DNA from: Gnetum montanum
Lineage: Eukaryota; Plantae; Gnetophyta
Length of the DNA: 64,000 bases
Reading direction: 5' to 3'
Assembly: GCA_015680685.1 (NCBI GenBank)
Contig: MNCI01003059.1
Span: 123,043 to 187,042 of the forward strand
Numbering within the stretch: the stretch's first letter is position 1; every line of letters starts with the position of its first letter. This document shows positions 37,681-51,843 of the stretch, piece after piece. The notes under the pieces are model-generated. The model searched no databases. It was not told the origin of the DNA and was given only the letters and a program-made list of their open reading frames with translations. The translations under genes and the position numbers were made by a program.

Positions 37681-39799
37681 CTCCATTATGAAGAGCAAAA
37701 TATTTTATTTATTTGAAGTTTCTTTTTATCATCTTTAATTGTTTTTTCCTTGTGTTTTTTTTTTTCCACAAACCTAACTGCTGCAAAATTTTTGTTCTTG
37801 TTGCTATAATTTGTTTTATCTATGGATTTTCTTTTCAAAAACCTTATTGCTACCTATTTGGATTTTTCTTCAGCAACAAAGGATCTTCAAATTTTTTTCC
37901 ATTACTATGAAATAATTTTACATGTTCATTGTTTTTTTTTTTAATTTTGTCCTACTGATTTTCTTTTTAAAAGCTTAGTTGCAGATTTCAAAATTTTTTA
38001 AGATTGGAGTTTTTTTAGAAACAAATGCTCTATTATTGCAAATGCATATTTTTATGTTTTATTAAGCATTGTATGCTTTCAAAATAGGAGGTTCATCTTT
38101 GTTTTTAAATAACTAGTTAAATGATTGGGAGCAAAGATAGTTATAAATGGGCAGCCAATAATGATGTGGCAAAGCAAGGGTCAATGGAAATTGGACCTTG
38201 GATAAATTGTTGTTGCTATGTATTACTTGTAGTTACTTAATGTTCAAGTCTATGAACTACGAAAGAGAGTTCACTAGACGCAACGAAAGAGAGTTCACTA
38301 GACGCAACTAGGCTACTTGGTAGAACTTAGTAGTCTATGACGAGTTAGATTTCTATCAAGACTAAAAAAGTTGATTCTTCTAATGTTGTTATCAAAATTT
38401 AGAAATTATAATAGACAAGAAGTTGGCATATGATTTTTTAATTAGAAAGTGCCTAGAGATATTATTTGGTGGGCCTTGCAAAGGAAAAACATCCCTAATA
38501 AATATATTAAAGTGGTTCAAGACATGTATAAAGGAGTCACCACTAAAATTGAATAACATCTAATTTTTTATTCATAGTAAGTTTACATTATGGATGAAAT
38601 AACAAAGGAAATACAAGATAAAATCCTTTGGTGTATGCTATTTGCAGATGATATTGTGTTGGTAAATACAACTTGATAAAATATTGCTTCTAAAATGGAG
38701 AAGTAGAAATATGCTTTCTAATAAGTGGTTGAGGTACCGGTATGCCCAACCATACGAATCACAAAGCATTCACGCACGATTCGGTTGAATTTTGTGGGCT
38801 CTATAGTTTTCGATACACTAGTCTTCTAGGAAGTGAACCTTTCCCTAAAGGTCATTCGTTGTCTTCCCAATTACACTCGTGATGCACATGGTATAGTTAA
38901 GTGTAATCAAGGCATATGATTTTTATTGTTTTGTGTTTTATGTTCTTTGGTGCTTAAAGTAGAGAGATGAAATAATTTAATAAATAATTTAGTTTAACTA
39001 ATTAACTATTCTCTAACTAGTCCTAATATAAGTAGCCAATCCCACTTTCCGTACACATCATGAACCCACGTATCCATTGATGGGTTACCAAGTGCTACGC
39101 TACTAGGTGCACCAAGCAATAATGTTGCTGGGATTACCAAGCGAATACGTGTTTACGCTCGAAGCAGTCATACTTATGTATTTAACCTATTTAGCTTATC
39201 TTACTTAGTCACTTAATTATTTTAATTACTGAAAAACATTGAACAAATAACTGAAAACATTAAATGCAAGAATAAAACATTTAAACTATCTAGAATGTTG
39301 CAAGGTTTATCAAGAAACTTGTCTTTATTGTCGTACACACTGGTGTGGTTTAAGAACAATAGTGCTTGAATAAAGATCTGTATACTCAATGACTCTTGCT
39401 GTGGGCTCTCAGGAAAATATTCTAACTTTCAAATGAACAAACTGTAGGTGCTCTGCTGCTACTATGACTTGAATTTTCATAAACATGACTGGGAACTTGT
39501 ATTTATAGTTTTTGCTATAGTACTGCGTCAATAGGGCCTTGTAGATGTAGTAAACACTATGTTGATGCAACCATGTTGACACGACACTTTGATGTTCATC
39601 ATACCCCCATGACTGAATAAAAACTTGTCCTCAAGTTTTCTTACAAAATTGGAAAGGTATGAGATTATTGACTAACTCTTAACAAAACAAACTAACTTGA
39701 CAAAATTAAGTGCCCATGTGTACAAATCAACAAATTACAAAAAAATGGTGGTGTTTATGAGACAAAATTAAACATCATTACATGACTACACAAAAATTG

Positions 39800-41680
39800 G
39801 ATAGCACATCCTCTAGTGGCATGAAGGTGGTGGAGAAGATCAAATAGTCCCAAGCGGTGGAGGCTCTTGAGGTTATGAAGGACCTTCACCGGCTTTAGGC
39901 ACTTACAGTAGTTGAGGTAGTTGTTGCTGTCTTGCTGTGGTTGCAACCTTCGATGAAAGGTAAAAGGCATATAGTAATGTCTTCATCTTCTTCTACTTGC
40001 TACAGGGATCATTCACAGTCCACGCGGCATCACCAATGTGGGCTAAAATGGGGATGTCCCACAGATAGGGCATTATTGGGAACATCTCCTTCATGTTGAC
40101 AAACCAGGCGCAAACTATTTGCGTTCGATATTAAATGCCCTAATTGCATTCTGCAGCTCCTGGTAGTCGTTCATTCTCTTGGCCAGGTTCTCAATAGTTG
40201 ATCATTAATTAGTGAATCGTGCCTTGAGAACTTCAAGTTCAACATTTTCCATCGCAAGCTTTTGCTTGGTGTTTTTGTGATGCTTGAATAGGACCTCGTA
40301 CAACAAGTACGAGCTGGCCACTTATTTCTCTAGTTCTAACTATGGCCATCCAACAATTAACATGGCTAGATTTACATAACGGAGATTAGTGAGCTCCATA
40401 TATGCTATCATCTCCTCAATTTGAAGCTCCTTCATGCAAATTTCTACTTTGTTGTTGGTGTCTATCCCATCAATGATGGGTTGCCACACTTCTTTTCCCT
40501 GCTAGAGCTATTGGAGGGTTTCATTCATTTTCACCTTCGCTAATTGGATGTGTTTTTCATTTACTTTCTTTTGTAGACTGACTTATTCTCTGTAATGGTT
40601 CTTGACTCTCTTAAATTTGAGAGCCTTTGATTTCCAGGTGACTACCTTAATCGCAGTTTTCTGATGAAGCACACAGACCTTCTCCATGGAGAGATTTCTA
40701 TTTTCTACTACCAATCTCCTTAGTTCTGTGTTTGCTTTGGCTAGTTGCTTTTGTTGTTGATGGATGAAATATATTAGTTGTTGCTTGTTGATGAGCGGTG
40801 AGGTACCCCTACACTCAACCATACGAATACGAGCGTTCACGCACGATCCGGTCAAACTTCGCGAATAGGCTAGTTGTTGTATTTAGATAGTTACACGTTG
40901 ATCGCAGTTCGCTATCTTCCCACCTGAACTAGTATTGCTTTGTCACGTATGGTTTAGTCCAGAGTGAGGCGTATGATGTGATCCTAAACTAATGCTACTC
41001 CTAGAGACAATGGAAGACAATATTGATTAAACTAATGAGCAATAGGAAATGAGTCTAAGCTAGCCTAAGTGCGATGAGTATTCATTCCTTAATCATCCGT
41101 ACACATCTTGGACCTCGTGCATGACTACTACTGGGGTTACCAAGCGTAGATCCTAGGTACGCTGCTGGGTTGCCAAGTAGTCACACTTAAATGCTCATGA
41201 TTAAGTGGTACTCATTCCGCATTTAACAACAGGAATAGTAAATGATGATAAATAAATATTAACTAAGAAAGCAATAAATAACAATAACAATTAACAATTA
41301 AACTAGACAATTAAAACTAAGTGAATGCTGCAATGATAAAGTAATCTCGATCTTTATTTTTGGTCATGTGCGTGTCCAAGTACATCACACTTGAATAAAG
41401 GTTTCGTACAATTACAAGCATCACACTGTGGGCATGCACTGGGAAAATAATCTAACCCCTACGGAAACAAACTAAAAGAGTCTAGCCACAAATGACAAAA
41501 GGATGCCTAAATGAGGTGGAGGGCCCTCTTATTTATAGGCCGGGATAGGTGGCTGCGTAAACGAGGCCCCATCGACGCGGCTGCGTATACGCGGCCCTGT
41601 TGACGCATCAACTTAATGACACTTCATCACTTGTGCTCATCAACATTCTGCAGGCGATGTTTCTCTACAGTCAATTGCAT
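39800..41680 (-). pseudogene. Extra sense-strand coiled-coil ORF between integrase and the 3' LTR, interrupted by a solo LTR
   Basis: Removing 40789-41629 plus one TSD joins MQLTVEKHRLQNVDEHK to QQLIYFIHQQQKQLAKANTELRRL in frame. It continues with scattered stops. Confidence 0.65.
40789..41629 (-). mobile_element. Solo LTR (841 bp) nested in the Athila-like element
   Basis: TGATGA...TCATCA termini. TSD CTTGT at 40784-40788 and 41630-41634. Confidence 0.95.
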
Positions 41681-43199
41681 GTTCTCTGCAATTGTTTTTT
41701 TTTTGTTTTTTATTTTATTTTATTTTATTTTATTTAAAAAACATTTTTAATGAACAAAATATGTAAAGGAGCACATGGTGTGATGTAGAAGATGGGTGTA
41801 TGAAGGATTCTAATTGCAAGAATGTTTACAGATAAGGTACTTAATGAACTCAACTAAGAGATATGTAAGTGGATCCTCCCCATAGTAGTTACATGCCTTG
41901 TTTTCCCTTGCATAACCTCAACCTAAGGAGTCTGTTGGCCCCATAGGTGAATAGTGGTCAATGGAAGTTAACCTAGAAGATTCTACCAAAGAATTCAAAT
42001 ACGTTAGACCAAGACATGGCATCAAGAATATGGACACTGATAGTGAGGTGAATTATGGTCAACATAGATGGATGATGGAGAAGGTGGAATGGAATTCCAA
42101 ATTGAGGTCATAAAAAGTCCCTTGTGAAGTTTATGTTTAAAATGACTTGAGAATATCCATCCTTAGTCCAGACCAAAACCAACATCTTTTAGTGACTTTG
42201 CATCACCACTCTAAGATTGATCCACCCCCTTGAGACATAAGAGTGCACCTATAGAACAGGCACCATTTCATAAATAGAGAAAAGAGAAGTAGGAAGTGAG
42301 AGAGGGCCTTAGTTAGAGGGGACCTTCAAGCATGGGTAACATGTCTTTCTAGTCCCATAACTAGTGCTTGTAGCCCATTTATTTGTCTAAGGGGTGTGCT
42401 TTGAATTCCCATCATGTTTTTTTTTATTTTTTTATCTTTTTTTCTTGGATGGGAACCACAGCATGCAAAGACTTTATTTGACTTCCTGTTATTTGACAAT
42501 ATGGAATGGTAAGAAGTCCATGGAAACACCCAAGCACCCAATACAAAGAGTATTGAATTCCTTTGAAATCACACCTTGTACAAACCTTTGAATCCTTCCT
42601 AATTCTAGAAACTACTAAGGTTACCAATTTATTAAAAGTTGATTTAATAAAAGAAACCTAAAACTCCCAAAACAAGGAAAATCATAGAGTTTGTGAATAA
42701 GTGGATGTCATGGACTCACTACTTGTTCCATGAAAAAGAAACATGATTGAGCCATGGGTACAAAAATTTAAAAATAGAAACCAGACATTAGCAAACAAAA
42801 CATTAAGCACAAACCATCATAAGTAACAGCTACAACAGCACAGTGTCCTATTGGCACAAAGCACTTTTTATTAGCAAAAACTTAAAAATCACACTTGAAC
42901 CAAACAAACTAAAATATATAAGAAAGTTTAAAAGATTCAAGAAAGATTTAAATGTACTAACGATGGTGTAAAACAAAAAAAAAAGGTATAAAATAGGAAA
43001 AATTTTGAAAATCAAAAAAGTGTGAAATAAATAAATTGTAAAATAAAAAATGTGGAAAACAAAAAATAGAAAAACTAAGGAGCCATATGGATGATTAGCA
43101 TAGATGGCCATCTCCCATTGAGTTGGAAGGAGGAGATCTGAAAAATTGAGTGTGGTTGTCCATTAGTTGAGGTATTTGTTGCATTGGCTTGCTTGGGCT

Positions 43200-46100
43200 C
43201 ATACAAAAGCTTCACTTGTTAGATGTTGACCTATTTCTTTTTATTTGGGCTCTCAAGTTTGTATATGATCATGGTTCGAGAAGAAAAAGGTTTTGTTAAT
43301 TATATAAGGTCCCTTCCACAAAGTTTGAAACTTTGTTTCTAGGGCACATGTGTGGGGTTCTAGTAGAGAACCTTATCTCTCGGTTGAAATTTTACTTTCC
43401 AAATTCTTAAGTCATGTTGTTGCTTGTTGAATGCCTTGTGCATTTCATTCAAAGATAGGGCCACTAATTGGTTTTCATCTAGCACATTCAAGTTAATCAA
43501 TCTTTCTTTTTGTGTTAGGATTAGGTCAAGATTTAGTTCACAAGTTGTTAAGAGCATATGAAGCTCGGATTGAATTGTGAGCATTGGAAGTTTTCCATAT
43601 ACTAGCTCATAGGAAGAGTAGCCAATAGGGAGTTTCCATGTTGAGTGGTAGGCCCAAAGAACATTATTGACTTTTGTGCTCCAGTCTCTCCTGTATTTGC
43701 TTATGGTCCTTTTTAGGATCTCTATGATCTCCCTATTAGTTACCTCTGCTTAACCATTGGCTTGGGGGTGATAAGGTGTTGTTAATGTATGTTCAACCCT
43801 CAAGCATTGCATAGGTTTTTGAAAGGTGGCACTTGTAAACTGAGTTATATTATTATAAATGAGTGCACATGGCACCCCAAACCTATTTACAACATTTTTT
43901 TGTACAAATCTAGCAACAGTGGATGATGTACAGTTGGTGACAGCTACTACTTTTGGTCATTTGTTGCAATAGTCAACTACTACGATGATATATGCCTTTC
44001 CATTGCACATGGGTGTGATGGAACCCATGAAGTCCATGCCTCATATGTCAAAGGATTCTAGTAGTTGAATCCACTATTGAGGACCCTCCATTTGTGCGAT
44101 CATCCCACCATCTTGTTGACAATGTTCACAATGTCAAACAAACTAGTGGATGTCCTTAAAGATTGTAGGCCAATAGTATCCTACCATCAGGATTTTTATG
44201 ATCATGCATCTCTCTACATAATGGCCTCCATAAGGGCCTTTATGAGCATCTTTGAGAACATGTAATTGGTTCGTATCATGGACACACCAACAAACCAGGT
44301 CATCAATGCTCACCTTGTAAAGGTATCCGTTGATTTCTATGAAGTACATGGCTTGATGAAAAAACTGTTGTTTCTTCCTAAAGTCTAGATCTTGTGGCAT
44401 CTCTTGAGTGAGAAGGTAAGTGAGGAGGCCACTATGCCATTTTGTTTCTGCAAGCATTTATTCATTTATTGCTCTTTTAAAGAGAAGTTCATCTAGAAAT
44501 TGATCAGAGAGCGGGTTCTCATCTTCTTTGTTATCCCATCTTAACTAAGATAGATGGTTAGTGATCACATTCTCAGACCCTTTTTGATCTACCATTGTGA
44601 GATCAAATTCCTGCAAGATCATGAGCCACCATATGATATGGGGACTCACTGTTGGCTTGTTCATTAGGAAGTGGATGGCACTATGATTTGTGTGCACAAA
44701 TGCTTTATAGCTAAGCACATAGGGCTTGAACTTTTCAAGAGCAAACACCACTACCATTAGTTCTTTCTCAGTGGTGATGTAATTCAATGTGCACCCACAA
44801 TGCTTCGACTTGCATAGTGGATGTAATATGGATGTTTCTTATTGTCCAACTACATAAGCATGACTCCTAAGGCATAATTAGATTTGTTCTTCATTATATA
44901 AAATGGTTTAGAGTAGTCTAGTGCTCATAGAATTGGAGTTTCTACAAGTTTTTCTTTTAATAGTTGGAATGAATGTTCACACTCCTTGCTTCAGATGAAT
45001 GGAGCATCTTTCTTTGTAATCTCGACCAATGGCTTTGCGATCTCAAAGAAATTCTCTATGAATCATCGATGGTAGCCAGTGTGTCCAAGGAATGATTAGA
45101 CGTCTTTGACTATCTTTGGTTGACATGTGATTCCTTGGATGACCTTTATCTTTTCCAAGTCTATCTCAATCCCTTCTTGTAAAATTCAATGTCCTAGTAC
45201 TATGCCCTCTTGGACCATTAAATAGTTTTTTTTTGCCAATTGAGCCTAAGGTTTGTTTCAACACATCTTTTTAGTACTTGCTCAAGGTGATCTAGGGCTT
45301 GCTCAAATGTAGCCCCATAGGTAGAGAAGTCATTAATAAAGACTTCTACCCTGCTACTAATCTGCTATTGGAAAATACTAAGGAATAGGCATTGAAATGT
45401 TGCAAGGGCATTGCACAAATCAAAAGACATCTTATAATATGCAAAAGTCCCCTAGGGACTCATGAATGTTGTCTTGGCTTGATCTTCTAGTGCAAGTTGG
45501 ATTTGGTTATAGCCACTATAACCATCCAAGAAGCTATAATAGCAATGCCCATAAATTGTATCCAACACTTGGTCCAGAAATGGAAATGGAAAATGACCTT
45601 TAAATGTTACCATGTTCAATAGCCTAAAGTTGATACAGATCCACAACTTGCCACCTTTCTTTAGCACAATTACGAGTGGGCTAACCCACTCACTATTTGC
45701 AATGGGATAGATGAACATTACCTTAAGGAGTTGTTCTATTTTCTCTTTGATGATCTGCTTTGGGGTTTAGTTGCCTTTATGGCTACCTTCTTGGCTTCAT
45801 GGTTGGGTTAATGTAAATACGATGTTGGCATATCTATGAATCAATTCTAGTCAGCTCAGGATATGACCAAGCAAAGTTTGTTGGCCATTTGTTGACCACC
45901 TTCAAGATTTGCATTGATCATAACTGACTTACCATTGTTTAAAAATACATACTTCATGCTAGCAGGTAGAGTTTTTAACTCTAGGGACTCCTACTTAAAA
46001 ATATCATGGATTACCAACACTTCCCAATATGTATGATTGCCTTCATCATCAAAGAGTTGGTGATGGACTTGCTCAAGTTCATCCATGCCTTCAACATAGG

Positions 46101-46720
46101 CACATATTAGGCTCTTAGTTGGTTCCATGCATAATGTGCTGCTGTTAAAGTCAACTATTAGCCATTGGGTGCCCTCTGATTTTTTGGCTACTATGTACAA
46201 GTACCTTTGGATATCTATTTTTCGTGCACATTGATTACATGCTTTGATGAATGTACTTTTAATAGACCATATTGTTTGCATGCAATTACACCCATTATTA
46301 CTGTACATAATGCATGGAACACGCTTCTTCACTAGTCATCCAAATTCATTTTTCTTGGAGATTTCCAAGGAGAGGTCCCTGATGCCCATTCGTGCATTAG
46401 CAATGCTTAACCAAGCCCTTCCCATAATGATGGGGAAATTGCCTTTGCAGTTTTTAACTTTGATCACCAAAAAATTAGTAGGATATGATCACCCACAAAT
46501 TGTGGTCATAATGTTCTCCACTAACCCCAAAGGGATAGTGATTCATTGGTTGGCCAATTCCAAATGGATATTGCTCTTCTTGAAAGGTGTTAGGTTTTAG
46601 GGCTTGTACATGTCATAAGAGATGAGATTGACACCCGAAATAGAATTAAGAAGAGCCTTACATGGCTCATGTCTAGCTATCTGCAAGTAAATAAGAGGAC
46701 TTCCTAGGTTAGATCTTTTC
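43200..46720 (-). pseudogene. Ty3/gypsy pol (protease, RT, RNase H, integrase), multiply disrupted
   Basis: PR: ALLNSISGVNLIS, PIIMGRAWL. RT: WVSPLVIV.KKGGKL, FLDGYSGYNQI. RH: NYITTEKELMVVVFALEKF. IN: HKGPYGGH..GYYWPTIFKD, TPYHPQANG, WKGPY. Confidence 0.95.
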
Positions 46721-48859
46721 ATGGAAAGGTTGCTTGTCTTGACCCAATTGGAAATAGCATGGCTTAACATTACAGTGTGGATTTGAGGTGGTGTTTGGTT
46801 TGAAGGGCACTTGAATGTGTTTTATGTAGAGGATGAGGGTGTTAGAGATATAGGGTGATCAACTATGTTTATGTTTGAAGTAGTTGTACTTATGTATTTA
46901 ACCTATTTAGCTTATCTTACTTAATCACTTAATTAGCTTAATTATTGAGAAAAATTTAACAAATAATTAAAAACATTAAATGTAAGAATAAAACATTCAA
47001 ACTATCCAGAATGCTACAAGGTTTATCAAGAAGCTTATTTTTATTTCCATACACACTGGTGTGGTTCAGGTACAACAGTGCTTGAATAAAGATTTGTACA
47101 CTCAATGACTCTTGCTACAAGCACTTAGGAAAATATTCTAACTTTTAAATGAACAAATTGCAAGGGCTCTGCTACTACTATGACTTGAATTTTCATAAAC
47201 ATGACTGGGAGCTTGTATTTATATTTTTTGCTATAGTATCGCATCAGCAAGGCCCTGTAGATGTAGCAAACACTATGTCAGCATGACCTTGTTGACAGGG
47301 CAACACCAGGTAAATGGGGCCCTATTGATGGGGGCCCATCGATGAGGCCACGTCAACAAGGGCCTGTTGATGTGACACTTTGACGCTCCTCACTTTCGAA
47401 TCAAAAGTCTTAAAAATGAGCAAAAGTAAGATAAAATATATAGAATGAAATTTCAATGATAGAATAAACAATGGTGAAATAAAAGTGACAATTCAAAGCC
47501 AAAGATTTCCTCACGATAAATAGTTAGGTTAGTTATCCTATATGGTGTTAAATGTTGGATCATACAAAAGAGGCATGAACAACAAATCAATGTGGTAGAA
47601 ATGAAAAATGCTTAAATGGGCATTGAATATTAATATAAGAGATAAACTGCATAATACATACATTAGAGAAAGACCTGGAGTGTCTTCTATTTTAGATAAG
47701 TTACAAGAATGACATCTTTGATGGTTTGGACATGTGCAAAGAAGATCAAACAATAAGCTTATGAAAAAAGGTTGCAACATTACTATTCTAGGAAAGCCAT
47801 CAAAAGAAAGACCAAAAAATACATAGGGAAAAAATAATTGAAGATGATTTGAAGAAATTGCAAATAAATGAAGATTTAGCTCTTCATAGAGGTGAATGAC
47901 AAAACAGAAATCTTGTAGTTGATCCTATTTTGATGGGATAGGGCTAGGATGATGATGATGATAATGATTGAGTATGATTAGATTAGGGTATATGTCTTGA
48001 CAAGGATTTGTTCCTAGCATGAATACTATGTTGCATCTTGTTACTCAAGAGAGGTTTGTACTATACCTAAATTTGCTCAAAAAGATTTTAGAGGAGGGTA
48101 AGCCCATTCTATTAATTAAGGAATACTTGGTAAAGAGCAATTGAGATGCACTTACTAAGAGCTCTACTGAACACCTCATGGTCCATCAAGGGATAATGTA
48201 GTAAAAGAAAAAAAGTCTTCTTAGCCATAGGCTCATACAATCAAAACAAACACTTTATTTTAATGCAAAACTTTAGATGTTGTTACTTACTTTAAGGAAT
48301 AACTGCAAACTTCAAGATGTCTAATGATGGAGCTTAATTCTCCTTCTACTTTAGCTTTCGTTTCTTCCTCTATTTCTAATTTTTCTCATACAAGTATATT
48401 AGCTAGGGTTCACGGTGTTTCCACTTTTGTTATGTCAAAATATTCGGTTATAGATTTAAGAGTTTTAAATTAAATGGATGGTTCTTCCAATTATTTTTCC
48501 TCTTACTTCTCATAGATAAACATAAAATTCGTGTAGTAGATGGTTTTCTATCTTTGGTACTAGGGAAAGGCCCCATCCATTGCACTCCTTTACTAATAAT
48601 ATTCTTCATTCTTCATGTTCTTAACTTTTCCAATAATCTCTTGTTTGTTAACACTATTACTTAAGATTTGAGTTATAAAGTTAAATTCTTTCCTTTTTAT
48701 TATATCTTTTAGGAACTTAAAATGAGGAGTATGATTGATTATGGTAGAATGTAAGGTGACTTATATTTACTAGAGGCTACTCCTGGTCTTGTAACTAAAC
48801 CAAATTCTTGAATTATGTTTTGTAACTTGATTCTGCTTATCAAGTATTACTTCATTCGC

Positions 48860-50580
48860 ATCCATGTTTGGAACATCCAGCTTTTATAGCATGAAAAAGT
48901 TTCTCATTCCCTATTTTGTTCAAATAATGTAATTTGAAATCTTTGGTGTGTGATGCTTGTGAATTTGCCAAACATACGTGTATTTCTTATTTTCCTATTA
49001 ATAATAAAATCCTTGCAAATTTTCTAAATTTCCACTTTGATCTATGGGATTCTAGTTAAGTTGTTTCATTGTTTGGTTACAAGTGATTTGTTGCTTTTAT
49101 TGATTACTATATTTGGCCAACTTGAATCTATTTGATGCTTGTAAAAAATGAAGTATCTCCTTTTTTTAATATGTTTCACAAGATGATAAGAACTTAATTT
49201 AATGCCAAAGTTAAAATTTTGAGAAGAAATAATGACATAGATAAAGGAATATTGAATTTCAAATATATCCTAGTAATGAAGGGATCAATCATTAAACTAG
49301 TTTGGATTGTACACTTACGTAGAATGATGCTATGGAAGAAAAGAATCAACATATTTTGGAAGTAGTAAGATTACTTATGTTTACTATGAATATTTCCAAA
49401 GCCTATTAGAAGGATTCAATCCTTTTGACGATATACCTTATCAATTAAATGCCATTAAAAGCACTTGATTACAAGACTTCTTTGAAGCTTCTTCAAGGTA
49501 TCTATTTATACATAGTTCCTCTAAAGGTATTTAGGTGCATTTTTTTGTTCATGGTCATTAAAAAAAGGCAATATTGGAAAGTTAAATTCAAGAGCTCTTA
49601 AGTATGTGTTTATTAGATACTTTGTAGCTCAAAAAGGTTACAAATGTAATCACTGATCTACTAGGAACATGATTGTTAGTATAAATGTCGTCTTTCATGA
49701 ACTTGAGGCTTATTTTTCAAGGTCACCTCTTCAAGAGAAGAGTACTTGTATGAAAGAGCTTACTTCATCTTCTATGTCCAAATATCCACATCTAGATTGT
49801 AGATTGCAAGTAAAGAGGAAAAGGAAATAGAAAAAGGATGTAAATCTTTAAAGAGTTTGGTATGTTCCTAATCTCATCTCTCAAAGAAAATATGTCATTA
49901 GTCTCCTTAGGGAGATTGGTATATTAGGATGTAGACTTGTAGATTATACTATTGAGGTAAACCATCATCTTAGATGTAATAATGAGGTAGTTGTGAATAA
50001 ATGAAAATATCAAAGACTAGTTGGAAGATTAATTTATCTCTCTTATACTCATCTAGATATAGTTTGTGTTGTTGGTGTGATTAGTCAATTCATGCATGAT
50101 CTTCACTTCTCTTACTTAGATGCAGTTTACCTTAGCTCGCAATATCTAAAGTATCCTCCTAGAAAGGGATTGTTATTTTCAAATCATTACCACTTGAGAT
50201 GTTTATTAGATTGGATTACTTGATAATATTAGACCTACATCATGATATTATACATTTTATTTTTTTTGAAAATTTAGTAACTTAGTAAAGTAAGATGCAA
50301 CCATTGGGATTAGATTTAGCAAAAGAAATGTTTCAGAGGCTCAATGCTCATTCCACCAAGTAGGATCCTAGGAGGATTGATTGATGAGCAAAAGTCTAAC
50401 CTCTTTGTAATGAAGCCCATAAGGGTTGTAAGGTCTCTTTTAGAAGTAAAATATAAGTTATGGCACTTAGGAGTTGTGAAGTCTTATAGCTTAAGAATCT
50501 AATGCAAGACTAGGGGATGTCAAATGATATACCTCTCTTATTATATTGTGATATTAAGAATATCATTATTATTGTTCATA
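48860..50580 (+). pseudogene. Decayed Ty1/copia pol fragment (integrase, partial RT and RNase H)
   Basis: CDACEFAKH (about 48948), KNQHILEVVRLLMF (about 49340), QKGYKC (about 49630), YQRLVGRLIYLSYTH.DI...SQFMH (about 50008) and LYCD (about 50541). Order is IN then RT. Confidence 0.88.
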
Positions 50581-51843
50581 AGACATGCATTTTCAAGGTC
50601 ATTTCCATGAAGCATAAATCTCATATGAAGCTTTCATGCATTGTAATTTAAGTCATTTAGCACTTGACTTTTTGGTAGTAGTGCACATGTTCTTGTCCTT
50701 TTCATAATTGTATAGAATTCCCTTTGTCAAATTTTAAGAGCCATGACTCTTAACATAGATCACTCCATCGTAGGCTCCAATAGCATGTGAAGTTTCTAGG
50801 ATATTGAGAAAGTTAGAACTATGAATAGAAAAAAGGAAAAACACCACCACTAGCTCAATTCAATTAGAAAGGTGAACTTATGATGATAATTCTAACCAAG
50901 TTGAGGAGTCTTATTTAAGTGATGTGAAATATCACAAATGAAATAAAACAACATGGAACCATAAAAACCTCAATAGTTAAGATGTTTAACAGTTAATACA
51001 AAGATTAATTAATGTTTGTCATGAGACTAGTTTATACACTATGAAAATCAAACACCATGACAATGGATAGGTTAAATAATGATGACAATAAAATAACACA
51101 TGGTGAAAATAGTAAAATGAAATGAATGGTTTACTTAGTTCCTTAATAGATAAGTATTAGAGGCACTAAGAAAGAAATTTTTGAGCCAATAATATAGGTG
51201 AACCATTATTGAAAGGCATGTTGAATAAATATTTTTAGCTTATAGATAGACTAGTTATATGATATATATCAAATGTAGTGAAAAATCATGAGATTTCACA
51301 TTACCTTTTTCTTATAATGAAGTATCATTATTCACGTTGATATTTATTGGTATAGGGACATTAGTTGTATTTTTGTATGATATTATACTAGACGTATTAT
51401 TAGAACATTATTGTTTAGATGTTTTGAATTAGCGAATGTTATAAATTAATTACAATTGATGTTGTTCTTTCCATACAATGTAGTTTGATTTATATGTATA
51501 TGATCCCTACTTAAAATTATTTGGATATCTAATTTCATAATATTCTATTGGACTTCTGGATTATTTTTGTGGAATGTTATACAAAATTATGCAATAATAA
51601 ATAACAATATAGTTTGACTAAGAAAATAAATTGAAATGAAAAACACATTATAAATTGAAATGAAAAACACATTATATAATGTGGACTTGTTGGAAAAAGT
51701 TGAAATCTTCATAGATAACTTAAGTTCACATTTACAAAAGAAATTAATAATATAATAAAGGAATTAATTGTTTAGGATTCATTACAAGTTTTTTTATTTG
51801 AAGCTATAATTGAAAAGTAATATCTTTAAGAGTATAATGCTCT

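Larger units (their letters stand above)
38719..47392 (-). mobile_element. Athila-like Ty3/gypsy retrotransposon, decayed, with gag, PBS and part of the 5' LTR deleted
   Basis: TSD CTTTC at 38714-38718 and 47393-47397. 3' LTR at 38719-39601 with PPT (taccccca) at 39602. Partial 5' LTR at about 46865-47392. Domain order is PR-RT-RH-IN. Confidence 0.92.
38370..47968 (+). mobile_element. Decayed RTE-clade LINE split by the Ty3/gypsy insertion (halves about 38370-38718 and 47393-47968)
   Basis: KVPRDIIWWALQRKNIPNKYIKVVQDMY and MDEITKEIQDKILWCMLFADDIVLV lie before the insertion, and ESKVLKMSKSK resumes after it. 3' tail tgggatagggctag(gat)n. Confidence 0.85.

Noticed and set aside
40789-40810. 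TGATGAG LTR ends as a hammerhead ribozyme (retrozyme) core
   Set aside because: This is the LTR terminal inverted repeat; there is no CUGAUGA/GAAA core with flanking helices.
1-47392. All four TGATGA-family LTR insertions share one orientation
   Set aside because: Too few events; compatible with chance (1 in 8).
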